Source of the DNA: an uncultured Candidatus Saccharibacteria bacterium
GTDB lineage: Bacteria > Patescibacteriota > Minisyncoccia > UBA6257 > 2-01-FULL-56-20
DNA: 64,000 nucleotides
NCBI GenBank assembly: GCA_965231155.1
Contig: OZ246418.1
Span: 174,850-238,849 of the forward strand
Direction: 5' to 3'
The notes beneath the pieces were generated by a model. It was not told the DNA's origin, searched no databases, and was given only the letters and a program-made list of their open reading frames with translations. Shown in pieces: positions 30,185-40,230 of this stretch; the first letter of the stretch is position 1; each line of letters begins with the position of its first letter. The position numbers and the translations under genes are program-made.

Positions 30185-31093
30185 TTATTTCCCCTCAGCT
30201 ACAATATTTCTGACTTTTTGACAGATCTTTTCTATGCTCGGAGGAAGATTGTCGAGATGAGGAGCAAAACCAGCTGATCGCTCCTCAAGCGCCAGAACCT
30301 GAACAGGCTGGCGAGTAGCTTCTTCAATGTCAAACGCAATACATTTAACCACACCGTTCTCAAAATCTCCGTCCATAACCAACCCGCCATGTTTCGAAGT
30401 TGCCAACGCCGACTTCATTCGTTCCTCAACCACGAAAGGCTTTAACCAAAGAAGATGCACTATGTTACAAGTAATGCCTTCAGCCGCCAGTATCTTTGCG
30501 GCTTCAACGGCATTTAATCTTGTAGAAGAGATTGGGAATAAGGTGATGTCAGCATTTGGGTGAATAATGTCAGGCAACTCATAATCAATCGGAAAAGCTC
30601 GACGATGTTCGCTGACATACATTGGATCATCGTGGGTCATAAAGTGATCCCAAGCAATCTGGTACTCGTTCGGCGTGATCGGAGCGATAACTGGAATGCC
30701 AGGCATGCGCGTAAAAATACTGTGGTGACTATTTGAAGCCACTGGACCGATTGCTCCCTCCATAGCGATGGAACGAACAAAAACTGGACATGGCACACCC
30801 CAAACCTCCTTGGATTTAGCTGCATAGTTAATAACGGTAGCTGCGTTGTACCACTGGAAACCCTGATAACGAACAATATAAATTGGGCGACGACCGGCCA
30901 AAGCTAAGCCAACAGCTACTCCACCATTAGCGACATCAGACATCGGAAGTTCGATCAATCCTTCCTCCTGGGTAAGCTCTGGAACCGTACCACCAACCCA
31001 ACCAACAGCTGTGAGACACTGTCCCAAAGCCACCCCATTCTGGTTTTTCAAATGCTGTCGTGTGATCTCTCTTATTTTTTCAGCAGAAGTCAT
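30185..31093 (-). CDS. TPP-dependent dehydrogenase E1 component beta subunit-like (transketolase-like pyrimidine-binding + C-terminal domain)
   Basis: E1-beta/transketolase-C-like architecture. Start set to the internal Met MTSAEK, which overlaps the alpha-subunit stop (ATGA). Confidence 0.7.
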   Translation of the reverse strand: MTSAEKIREITRQHLKNQNGVALGQCLTAVGWVGGTVPELTQEEGLIELPMSDVANGGVAVGLALAGRRPIYIVRYQGFQWYNAATVINYAAKSKEVWGVPCPVFVRSIAMEGAIGPVASNSHHSIFTRMPGIPVIAPITPNEYQIAWDHFMTHDDPMYVSEHRRAFPIDYELPDIIHPNADITLFPISSTRLNAVEAAKILAAEGITCNIVHLLWLKPFVVEERMKSALATSKHGGLVMDGDFENGVVKCIAFDIEEATRQPVQVLALEERSAGFAPHLDNLPPSIEKICQKVRNIVAEGK

Positions 31094-31998
31094 GATGTTT
31101 TTTGTGCGGTTTCTGGTAAGGCAGCCGTCCACCAACTATCGACTGTTTGTTGTGCCTCTTTTTCAATCTCGATCATTTCTTTCTCATAACCCAGTCGGAC
31201 TAGTTCTTTCTTTACCAAATCGAATCGATTCCACTCTGGCTCAGAGTCCTTACCCGTACCTGCATGCCAGAGATGTCGTACCGTCTGAATATTTATAAAA
31301 GCAGGGAGTTGGTTTTGCAACTTACGGACGTGATGCATGATAAGCCAAGGATCATCAGTAATGTCAACGGCTGGCAAGCCGAAAGAAGAAGCGACATCCA
31401 CCATCTTCCAATTACGACGTACTTCGATTTTTGTAAGTACTGAGAGCTGATTATCCTCGCAAACGAATAATATTGGCAATTTTTTCTGCACAGCGTAACC
31501 AAGGGAAGCCAAAGCATAATCCTCTTCAGCGGCAGCGTCACCCATAATACAGAGAGTCTTCTTTCCTGAACCTTGGGCGAACCCAGTAGCGATAGGCACC
31601 TGATCGCCAAGAAGTCCACTGTGTCCGAACATACTAATTTCAGGAGAATGAATAGAAGCTGAACCACCCATACCACCAGCACAACCAGTTGGTTTATGGA
31701 GCAACTCATCAACAAGACCGGCTGGTTTACCACCGAATGCTAAATAGACATCATGTCCGCGATGCTGAGCGAAAATAGCTGGCTTCGGGAAGGCCACCGC
31801 TAAAGCCGAAGAGATTGATTCCTGTCCGACCGAAAGATAAATCGGCATCTTGATATGTTTCTCGTCGTAAGCCTTCTTGACCCAAAACTCAAACGCCCGT
31901 GAAACACACATCTTTTTGAACACCTCCAAAGACTCTTCTTTGGTAAACTCTTTAGAAACCTCAGGGACTATATTCAGTTCGCTTGATCGTTCATGCAT
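31090..31998 (-). CDS. TPP-dependent dehydrogenase E1 component alpha subunit-like
   Basis: IMGDAAAEEDYALASLGYAVQKKLPILFVCEDNQ, an E1-alpha TPP-binding motif. Confidence 0.7.
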   Translation of the reverse strand: MHERSSELNIVPEVSKEFTKEESLEVFKKMCVSRAFEFWVKKAYDEKHIKMPIYLSVGQESISSALAVAFPKPAIFAQHRGHDVYLAFGGKPAGLVDELLHKPTGCAGGMGGSASIHSPEISMFGHSGLLGDQVPIATGFAQGSGKKTLCIMGDAAAEEDYALASLGYAVQKKLPILFVCEDNQLSVLTKIEVRRNWKMVDVASSFGLPAVDITDDPWLIMHHVRKLQNQLPAFINIQTVRHLWHAGTGKDSEPEWNRFDLVKKELVRLGYEKEMIEIEKEAQQTVDSWWTAALPETAQKTS

Positions 31999-32003
31999 AT
32001 TTT

Positions 32004-32594
32004 TTAAAACTGTTTTGGTAAGTGCGACTTCATTATATCAAATGCATTTATTCCTAAATGAGGTAAGGCTCTGAGCAAAAGCAAAACTGCATCCCATTCA
32101 TCGGTCTCTGCTTTTAATGTTTCCTCAACCCACTCGGCAAAAGGCTTCTCGAACTGTTCAACTTGTTCAGAATCATCCAAACTACCACCGCCCTTATACT
32201 CGCATCCCTTAGCTAAAAAACAATAGAATTTAGCGTGGGAACTCCGAGAGTCGTAATGACCTGAACCAAGAGCAATAATCTCTTCGGCCTCATATCCAGT
32301 TTCTTCTTTGAGTTCTCTTTTCGCTACCGCCTCTGGCGACTCGCTGGAGAAATCGAGCACGCCCGCAGGCAACTCTTCCATAATCTCCTCCGATCCCTGT
32401 TTGAACTGACGAACCATCACGACATTCCCCTCTTTAGTGATTGGAAGGATAACTGACCAAAAAGGGCGTTCGAGGAAATAGAAGTCTGTTTCTTTACCAG
32501 TGTGATCGAGAAACTTTTGAACCGCCAGCTTCTTGCCATAGCCTTCAGCTAGGATGGTAGGCTCCCCTATTTTTTTCCATTTGGTGATGGCCAT
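32004..32594 (-). CDS. NUDIX hydrolase
   Basis: Canonical Nudix box ...SESPEAVAKRELKEETGY. Confidence 0.85.
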   Translation of the reverse strand: MAITKWKKIGEPTILAEGYGKKLAVQKFLDHTGKETDFYFLERPFWSVILPITKEGNVVMVRQFKQGSEEIMEELPAGVLDFSSESPEAVAKRELKEETGYEAEEIIALGSGHYDSRSSHAKFYCFLAKGCEYKGGGSLDDSEQVEQFEKPFAEWVEETLKAETDEWDAVLLLLRALPHLGINAFDIMKSHLPKQF

Positions 32595-32675
32595 ATTGAA
32601 TAAGTGAGTAAAATCCTTATGATGGAGATTATGGGAAAACTTAAGTACTGTTAATATAGTGGAGTCCCCCTACAA

Positions 32676-33179
32676 ATGCAAGTAAATTTTAATCAAATTG
32701 AAGATATCCGAAAACGTCATCCGGGACAGAAACTGGTCTTCTGTGCCGGAGGTTTCGACCTCACGCATGGTGGTCATGTCATATTCTTTGAAGACTGCAA
32801 AAAACTCGGCGACATCCTAGTCGTCGGCATTGCCTCAGACGCTACCCGAAGACAGGAGAGAGGCCCGGCCCGGCCCGTTCTTAATGAACACTTACGTATT
32901 AGAACGGTTGATGCCCTAAAACCAGTGGACTACTCTTTTATCATCTCGCGACTCGCTGAATCACATGAGGATAAGATGACTCCCATTGACTCAATCCTCG
33001 AACGACTCCAACCCGATGTTTGGGTGGTAAATGAAGATGCCTATGACATTCCCCGACGGGAACAGTTGGCAAAAAAAATGGGGTTCGAACTTGTTGTTCT
33101 GAAACGTTGGTGTCCTCCTGAATTTGAAAATATTTCCACCACTGCGATTATCGAAAAAATAAAAAGATTGCCAGATTAA
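32676..33179 (+). CDS. cytidylyltransferase-like nucleotidyltransferase (HIGH family)
   Basis: LVFCAGGFDLTHGGHVIFFEDCKKLGDILVV; paralogous in fold to 15229..15705. Confidence 0.75.
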   Translation: MQVNFNQIEDIRKRHPGQKLVFCAGGFDLTHGGHVIFFEDCKKLGDILVVGIASDATRRQERGPARPVLNEHLRIRTVDALKPVDYSFIISRLAESHEDKMTPIDSILERLQPDVWVVNEDAYDIPRREQLAKKMGFELVVLKRWCPPEFENISTTAIIEKIKRLPD

Positions 33180-33212
33180 AAAAAGGGAGGCTACGTGTGT
33201 AGACCTCCCATA
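33178..33212 (-). terminator. intrinsic terminator of the radical SAM gene
   Basis: GGGAGG...CCTCCC hairpin followed on the minus strand by TTTTTTT. Confidence 0.7.
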
Positions 33213-33217
33213 GTGAT

Positions 33218-34768
33218 TCAACTCTTCTCCTCGAGGAGCTTCCGCTTCAGATCGCGAACTCCATCGACCCAACGATCGATCGAAGTCAGGGCAACCTGCC
33301 CAAACTTCGGGTCAGCCAGAATGCTGCTCCGGAACTCCGCACGCTCGAAGTAACTCACGTGAGCCCAATCTCGGAAGGCCAGGATCTCAGCGGGCGTGAG
33401 CGCATCACCCGCATAGTACGGCTCAGACTCGTAGGCGTACTGGGAGTGTCCGATCCACCCAGGACCACCGGGACGAGCCGGCAAAGGATAGCCTGAAGCC
33501 ACTCCCTGACGGTAGAGCTCCGACCCCGGAAGAGCCTGCGTGCAGTACATATTCACGAACCGCGTGTTCAACTGACACGCCAGTTCATATGTCTCCTGCA
33601 GGCTCTCTCGAGTATCTCCGGGCAACCCGAAGATGTAGTTGGCACCGACATAGGCACCCGCGGCGTGAATCTGATCGACCACGCGTTGGATGTCGCCCTC
33701 ACCGAACTTCTTGTCCTGTCCGGAGCGGACTTTCGAGTTGGCGGCTTCGATACCCAACCCGAACCAGTAGATGCCTGCTCGACGAGCCGCCTCCAGAAAG
33801 CGCGGCTTGCAGGTGTCGACTCGAGCGTAACACCAGAAGTCCAACGAATCCCCGAAACGTTCGGCGATACCATTGGCGATGGTGATGACATGCTCGGCGT
33901 TCAGCGCGAACATCTCGTCGGGAATCTTGAAGTACTTGATTCCGTAGGTCTCGACGAGATGCGTCACCTCCTCCACAAAAAACTCGGGACGGAGGAAACG
34001 GTAGCTGTTACGCCTGACATTGCCCCGATCCATGAGACTCTCTCCAGCCCGAAAGGGGGCCTGGATATTGCAGAAGTCACAGTGGAAGGGACAGCCCTCG
34101 ACCGAATAGGGATTGGCATACCCCGCCCGTTCCGCGTAGGGACGGTAAAAGGTGTGCCAGCCGTCGGCATGATACACCCGCGGATCCATGAGAGCCCAGG
34201 CCTCCGGAGAGACCCTTTCCTCATTCAGATCGAGCAGCGGCGCCGGTGGGTTGTGAATCGTCTGGCCATCCTTGCGGTGCCAGAGACTACGAACTTTGTC
34301 CAGCTCGCCACCACCCTTGAACGCCTGGACCAACTCATAGGCGGTGATTGGTCCTTCGCCGTCGCAGACGAAATCGATCGGCTCCTCCGCGAGCGTTCTC
34401 GCCGGAAGCGCTGCCGGATGAGTTCCCGAGAAAACAATGGGAATCTCCGGACACAGATCCTTGATCGCCTGAGCGTAGGCCCGGGCAGCCGGCATGGTGT
34501 GAGTGCTGGACGACGGATTGAACCCGTAGACCGGCAACCAAACCAATCGCGGCTTTGCATCTTTGACCACCCGAGCCATCAACTCGGATGTGTACCCGAG
34601 AATCGTAGCATCGAGCAATCCCACGCCGAGACCTCGACGCAGAAGGTAGCTGGCCATAAACCGTGCCTTGGCAGGCGGCTCGGTATGGTGTTCGCGCGCA
34701 AAGCCTTGATAGACCTGCACGAGATTGCTAGGAATGACGAAAAGAACGTCGAGCTTCCTGCTTTCCAT
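33218..34768 (-). CDS. B12-binding radical SAM protein (class B, cobalamin-dependent radical SAM; putative sugar C-methyltransferase/epimerase)
   Basis: N-terminal Rossmann-like B12-binding region (DVLFVIPS...) and CPFHCDFC (Cx3Cx2C) radical-SAM cluster motif; 516 aa. GC is about 58-60%, against about 46% in the flanks. GGAG RBS 7 nt upstream of the start. Confidence 0.75.
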   Translation of the reverse strand: MESRKLDVLFVIPSNLVQVYQGFAREHHTEPPAKARFMASYLLRRGLGVGLLDATILGYTSELMARVVKDAKPRLVWLPVYGFNPSSSTHTMPAARAYAQAIKDLCPEIPIVFSGTHPAALPARTLAEEPIDFVCDGEGPITAYELVQAFKGGGELDKVRSLWHRKDGQTIHNPPAPLLDLNEERVSPEAWALMDPRVYHADGWHTFYRPYAERAGYANPYSVEGCPFHCDFCNIQAPFRAGESLMDRGNVRRNSYRFLRPEFFVEEVTHLVETYGIKYFKIPDEMFALNAEHVITIANGIAERFGDSLDFWCYARVDTCKPRFLEAARRAGIYWFGLGIEAANSKVRSGQDKKFGEGDIQRVVDQIHAAGAYVGANYIFGLPGDTRESLQETYELACQLNTRFVNMYCTQALPGSELYRQGVASGYPLPARPGGPGWIGHSQYAYESEPYYAGDALTPAEILAFRDWAHVSYFERAEFRSSILADPKFGQVALTSIDRWVDGVRDLKRKLLEEKS

Positions 34769-34883
34769 GAGTATTCTCCTCTCTTAGATAGTACGAACTT
34801 TTCATACTTTGCATCAAAGAAGAATAGTTGTCAATTTAGAGAAGACAACCTTCTAGATAGGAAAGGAACGTCAAAAAATATTC

Positions 34884-35819
34884 CTAAATATTCGAGAACT
34901 GGTTTCGCTTGATGATCTGATAGCCCTTAATCAACTCAGCGATACCATCAGGAAGAGAGTGCTCCGTTTTATAACCGGTTTTTTCAATCTTCTCATTGCT
35001 AATAATATAGTTCCGCTTATCAGGATCTTCGCCAATCGATGATTCAATAAACACAAATTTAGGAAGTTGTTTTTTAATCTCTTCACATAGCTCGGCCTTG
35101 CTCAAATTGGCCTCGCTCAAGCCAACGTTATAAACATTATTTTTCATGGTTTCAAAATTCTGCATCCCATGCATAAAAGCACGTACTACATCGCGGACAT
35201 GCACATAATTCCGTTTGAAGTGTGGCTCAAAAAGGATCACCGCTCGATCGTAAACTGCTCGATAGACAAAGTCATTTACTAGAAGATCAAGACGCATTCG
35301 CGGACTCGTTCCAAAAACAGTAGCCAGACGAAAAATAATGACTTCGCCAGCCGCCAACAACTTCTTCTCAGTTTCCACCTTCAACTGACCATACAACGAA
35401 ACCGGTTCGAGCGGTGAATTCTCATCACAAAACGCTACGCCTTCGGCCATTCGACCGTAGCCACTATTGGTATTAGGGAAAAGAATCTTCTGCCCAGAAA
35501 CACGTAGTTTGATAATTAGTTCGATCGCTTCAAGATTAATAGTACGCGCAGCAATTGGGTCTTTGTCACAGAGAGGAGCTCCCACGAGACACGCTAAAGG
35601 AATAATAAAATCCTTATCTTTCATTAGTTTGCTCATAAGCACCTCATCACGTACATCACCCCGAATAACCGAAAGCGTCTTCCAGTTGCAAACATCAAGT
35701 AGTGAAGCCTGATTGTACAAAAAATTATCGACAACAGTGACCTCGTGTCCAGCTCGTAAAAGTTCTGGAACCAAGACCGAACCAATATATCCGGCACCGC
35801 CGGTGACAAGTATTTTCAT
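34884..35819 (-). CDS. NAD-dependent epimerase/dehydratase (SDR)
   Basis: MKILVTGGAGYIGS and YGQLK (YxxxK). Confidence 0.8.
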   Translation of the reverse strand: MKILVTGGAGYIGSVLVPELLRAGHEVTVVDNFLYNQASLLDVCNWKTLSVIRGDVRDEVLMSKLMKDKDFIIPLACLVGAPLCDKDPIAARTINLEAIELIIKLRVSGQKILFPNTNSGYGRMAEGVAFCDENSPLEPVSLYGQLKVETEKKLLAAGEVIIFRLATVFGTSPRMRLDLLVNDFVYRAVYDRAVILFEPHFKRNYVHVRDVVRAFMHGMQNFETMKNNVYNVGLSEANLSKAELCEEIKKQLPKFVFIESSIGEDPDKRNYIISNEKIEKTGYKTEHSLPDGIAELIKGYQIIKRNQFSNI

Positions 35820-35822
35820 AAA

Positions 35823-36338
35823 TTAATTTACATATTTCCCGGCCTCATCTCGCTGGGAGAGAATCGGTTGTTTTATTGGCCACCAAATCTTAAATCGTGG
35901 GTCATCATAGCGAATACTAAACTGTCCCTGAGGATCATAATAAGCCGACTGCTTATAGTGAAAGATGATCTCATCAGAAAGAGCCAGGTGACCATTCGCA
36001 AACTTAGGAGGCACTAAAACCTGCCAACGGTTTGTTTCGGAAAGGGTAAATGATTGCCACTGTCCATACTGAGGCGACGACTCGTCAGCATTCAAAACCA
36101 CGAAATAAAATCGGCCTCGCATACAGCTAATCAACTTCCAAGTTCCGGAATCTCCATGTAATCCACGAAGGACATGTTTACTTGAAGTTGAGTAATCATC
36201 CTGAAGAAAATCAACTGTAATGCCGTTTTCGGCAAAAAGTTTTTTACTGTAGGTTTCAGTATAAGTTCCTCGAAAATCCTCAAAGATTTCTGGCTTCACA
36301 AGAATCACTCCATCTAGTTTTGTTTTTTCAAACTGCAT
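35823..36338 (-). CDS. dTDP-4-dehydrorhamnose 3,5-epimerase-like (RmlC cupin)
   Basis: KLDGVILVKPEIFEDFRGTYTETY...LRGLHGD RmlC pattern. Start set to MQFEK to avoid overlap with the upstream gene. Confidence 0.75.
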   Translation of the reverse strand: MQFEKTKLDGVILVKPEIFEDFRGTYTETYSKKLFAENGITVDFLQDDYSTSSKHVLRGLHGDSGTWKLISCMRGRFYFVVLNADESSPQYGQWQSFTLSETNRWQVLVPPKFANGHLALSDEIIFHYKQSAYYDPQGQFSIRYDDPRFKIWWPIKQPILSQRDEAGKYVN

Positions 36339-36369
36339 AGGGGTAAATGAATGGTTTTTTATTATGCTA

Positions 36370-37302
36370 CTATCGTGGGCGCCAAACAACAAGGGTGTAG
36401 CCTTCGAAATAATTCCCCACATAAGTCCGACTCGTCTTCTCGATAGTTAACTTACCAGCTGCTTCCAGCTCTTTTAATTTAGTCAAAAATCCAGAAAGGT
36501 AGTTCCTCTGCTCGTAGTAGATTTTCGACCAATGATCTAAGGGGTTTGTTTCGCTTAAAACCTCTGGGAGAGGCTCAATATGACAACATATCTCTGGTTT
36601 CTTTGCGAGGAGATATTCAATAAACTTGTCGTGCTTCTTACCTACCTGTTCCAGCGCCGCCAGAGTATAGACCATGCTATGAGGCTCTATCTCTACGTTA
36701 TAATCTGGTTCAAAGAAATTGAAATTTCTACCTACCACTCCCGGCAGAATACCCTTCTGATTCATCTCTAGCAAGATCCCCTGAGAAGCGGTAGCCCAGT
36801 CGAGCCCATAAAGATGGGCCTTAGGATTTATCTTTCTGGCCTGGAGCAAGTGATGACCTGTACCACACCCAAATTCGTAGATAGCCGACATCTCTTTCCC
36901 ATACTGCTTAAGAAGCCATTGCACATTTAACCCAAGAAGATTGTAAGAAAAATTCGGACTAAGGGTTTTGACAATTTTCCCCTGCCAGGCCGCATACACC
37001 TGTTGTTTTTCAAAATAACCGGGAACCAAAGGGTTTTCCTTGTCAGTCTTCAGGGCCTCTAGATTACTTCCCCAACCATTTTCCCATATTGGCAGTCGAC
37101 CCTCATGAGAGGGGTCAGTTTTGGGATCTTTGAGCATGCTCTGAATCCAAACTTCCTGTTCTTGCCACTCAGACTCACTCAGATCACGATACTGCAGCTG
37201 AAGTTTATTGACCTGATCCTCGAGTTCTTGATCAAGACTTACTTTGAATAAATTTTCAAAATCAGTTGTGGTAATAGTTTTTGGACCAGGAAGTTCGTTC
37301 AT
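36370..37302 (-). CDS. class I SAM-dependent methyltransferase with about 140-aa N-terminal extension
   Basis: YEFGCGTGHHLL motif I. Confidence 0.7.
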   Translation of the reverse strand: MNELPGPKTITTTDFENLFKVSLDQELEDQVNKLQLQYRDLSESEWQEQEVWIQSMLKDPKTDPSHEGRLPIWENGWGSNLEALKTDKENPLVPGYFEKQQVYAAWQGKIVKTLSPNFSYNLLGLNVQWLLKQYGKEMSAIYEFGCGTGHHLLQARKINPKAHLYGLDWATASQGILLEMNQKGILPGVVGRNFNFFEPDYNVEIEPHSMVYTLAALEQVGKKHDKFIEYLLAKKPEICCHIEPLPEVLSETNPLDHWSKIYYEQRNYLSGFLTKLKELEAAGKLTIEKTSRTYVGNYFEGYTLVVWRPR

Positions 37303-37381
37303 AGTCTGGTTATACTACATTAGGATAAAACTGAAATCAACGATCCGACATACTAAAGACGCCAGCGTTTTATAAAACCTA

Positions 37382-37975
37382 TTAGATCAACCCAGCAACC
37401 TTCATCTCGCTATCCACAATCTCACACCACGTGTGATAAACCAACTCATGAACTTCTTGAATACGAGCAGTTTCTTCAGAAGGAACAACGATCGCTACGT
37501 CAACAGAACTTTCCAAGCTAGCACCCTTCTGACCAGTGAGCGCGATGACTTTAATCCCTTTAGCTTTTGCTACTGCTATCGTCTTGAGGACATTCTTGGA
37601 CTGACCACTAGTCGTAAAAGCAACAAGCACATCACCTGTTGAGCCAAGCGCCTCTAGCTGGCGACTAAACACACTTTCAAAGTCGTAGTCATTCCCAATA
37701 GCAGTGAGCGTAGAACTATCGACAGTCAGGGACATTCCGGGCAATGGCCGACGATCACCTTTGAACCGGCATAGCCACTCGCCAGAAAAATGCTGGCTAT
37801 CGGCCGCCGAACCACCATTTCCACACGCAAAAAGCCGATGGTTGTCTTTCAATGCTTCGAACAAGACTTCTGCCCCTTTTTCAATTTGTGGTTTTATCTG
37901 AAGAAGGCTGTCCTCGATTGCCTTCTGGTGTCGAGCGAAGGTAGCGTTGATTATCTCTGAGGCATTGTTCAGCAT
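37382..37975 (-). CDS. phosphoheptose isomerase (SIS), second copy
   Basis: LFACGNGGSAADSQHF and AFTTSGQSKN. Start set to the internal Met MLNNASE, giving the canonical ~197-aa GmhA length. Confidence 0.75.
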   Translation of the reverse strand: MLNNASEIINATFARHQKAIEDSLLQIKPQIEKGAEVLFEALKDNHRLFACGNGGSAADSQHFSGEWLCRFKGDRRPLPGMSLTVDSSTLTAIGNDYDFESVFSRQLEALGSTGDVLVAFTTSGQSKNVLKTIAVAKAKGIKVIALTGQKGASLESSVDVAIVVPSEETARIQEVHELVYHTWCEIVDSEMKVAGLI

Positions 37976-38048
37976 AAAAAGGTTGAAGTGATTTTTTCCA
38001 ATTGTATACGAAAGTGATTCATAAGGAAAATAAGCCTCTTCCCTAACC

Positions 38049-39095
38049 CTAAGAAAGTCCCAATTGGCGAAAGATCTCTCTGAAACGCGCCTCGTAGGTG
38101 TGTTCCCGAATCGTTCTTTCATATCCAGCCTTGGCAATCGCCTCCCGTTCGTCGTCATGAGCGAGATAGTATTTTATCTTTTCTATATAGTCATCGATGT
38201 TACTGAAAAGAACCATCTCTTTGTCAGGCACGTAAAAATTTCCTAGATCATCAGCTGGGCCAGTAAGGAGAAACCCACCACAAGCCGGAATTTCGAAATG
38301 TCTCCCTTTCACTTGTGGAATACCCCGCTCAAGCCATGAGCGAAAATTATAGTACAAATTGAAATTAGGTCTAATCTTTTCTCGGGAACGACTATAGAAA
38401 ATCCGTCCTAAAGAATTTTTATTGAAGAATCCTGGCGGAGGATTCAGCGCCAAGCTGATTTTGCTTACCCCGAAAAGATGGATCATCTCCTCATCACTGG
38501 CCCGACGTGCTTCTGGCCAACCGCCGCCAAAAACCTCCACTGGAATTCCTGCCTTCTTCAATGCATCAACAATCTGGCCACGACCCTTACTCCAACCTCC
38601 CACAAATGTGACCTCTGGTCTCCGCTCTCCCGACTGAAGTTCACTTGGTTTATACACCAAGGTATTAGCTCCCCACTGTGAACGAATGACATTCGACTGA
38701 CCATATTTTTTGTACCGCTCAGCCATCCAAGAATAGGTGGTGATGACCGCTGAGAAGTGTGGCGCCCAGATCCGAGAGTAGTTCCAGAACCGCCAGCTAT
38801 CATCAGAAAACCAAGCGACACTTTTTGTTTTTTCTTTTATCTTATCCAAAATCCTCGGTTCAAACTCGTCGGTATACATAAAGGCAAAAAACAAATCGGG
38901 CTTAAACTCCTCAATCGTTACTAGAAGCTCCTCATTAAATTTTTCTTTGCCTACTTCTAAAATCCGATCAAAAGGAAAAAACCGCACCTCGTGAGGCATG
39001 GCTTTAAGTTGTAAGTAGAAATTATTATATTCAAAACTTTTTCCCCTCTTTGGATTGTACTGGTCATGTTCCAAACCAGCGAAAAGAATCTTCAT
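38049..39095 (-). CDS. CgeB-family / DUF3880-like glycosyltransferase (paralog of 25132..26214)
   Basis: KGRHFEIPACGGFLL...YYLAHDDEREAIAKAGYERTIREHT. Confidence 0.65.
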   Translation of the reverse strand: MKILFAGLEHDQYNPKRGKSFEYNNFYLQLKAMPHEVRFFPFDRILEVGKEKFNEELLVTIEEFKPDLFFAFMYTDEFEPRILDKIKEKTKSVAWFSDDSWRFWNYSRIWAPHFSAVITTYSWMAERYKKYGQSNVIRSQWGANTLVYKPSELQSGERRPEVTFVGGWSKGRGQIVDALKKAGIPVEVFGGGWPEARRASDEEMIHLFGVSKISLALNPPPGFFNKNSLGRIFYSRSREKIRPNFNLYYNFRSWLERGIPQVKGRHFEIPACGGFLLTGPADDLGNFYVPDKEMVLFSNIDDYIEKIKYYLAHDDEREAIAKAGYERTIREHTYEARFREIFRQLGLS

Positions 39096-39108
39096 AAGAA
39101 CGTTACAT

Positions 39109-40086
<978 letters not shown>

Positions 40087-40164
40087 TCAAATATATCTAA
40101 AGAGAAGATGACACCCCATCCTAAAATTGACTACTAGTATATTTTATTTTATAAAAATACACAG

Positions 40165-40227
40165 TACCAACTCCCAAAGAGTTGGATTGATTAACCCTTA
40201 GCCCTCCCCCAAAGGGAGAAAGGAGTG
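40165..40227 (+). repeat. 63-nt conserved leader, copy 1, upstream of the ORF at 40231
   Basis: GTACCAACTCCCAAAGAGTTGGATTGATTAACCCTTAGCCCTCCCCCAAAGGGAGAAAGGAGT. Hairpin 1 is CCAACTC-CCAAA-GAGTTGG; hairpin 2 is CTCCC-CCAAA-GGGAG, overlapping the SD GGGAGAAAGGAG. Identical to 40923..40985. Confidence 0.9.
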
Positions 40228-40230
40228 ACA

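Noticed and set aside
33568-34912. Multiple long ORFs in both orientations across 33.5-34.9 kb (e.g. 33665..34912 +, 34225..34560 -), and similar ones at 17893..18597 and 40999..41678
   Set aside because: These are a consequence of high GC content (few stop codons) inside the radical SAM, HIT and NUDIX genes. The frames with recognisable motifs were chosen instead.
40165-40227. Reading the 63-nt repeat as an integron attC site
   Set aside because: A GTTGGAT (GTTRRRY-like) core is present, but the element is 5' of the ORFs and includes the SD. It is 100% identical between copies (attC sites are variable), its inverted repeat is only 7 bp, and no intI is nearby.
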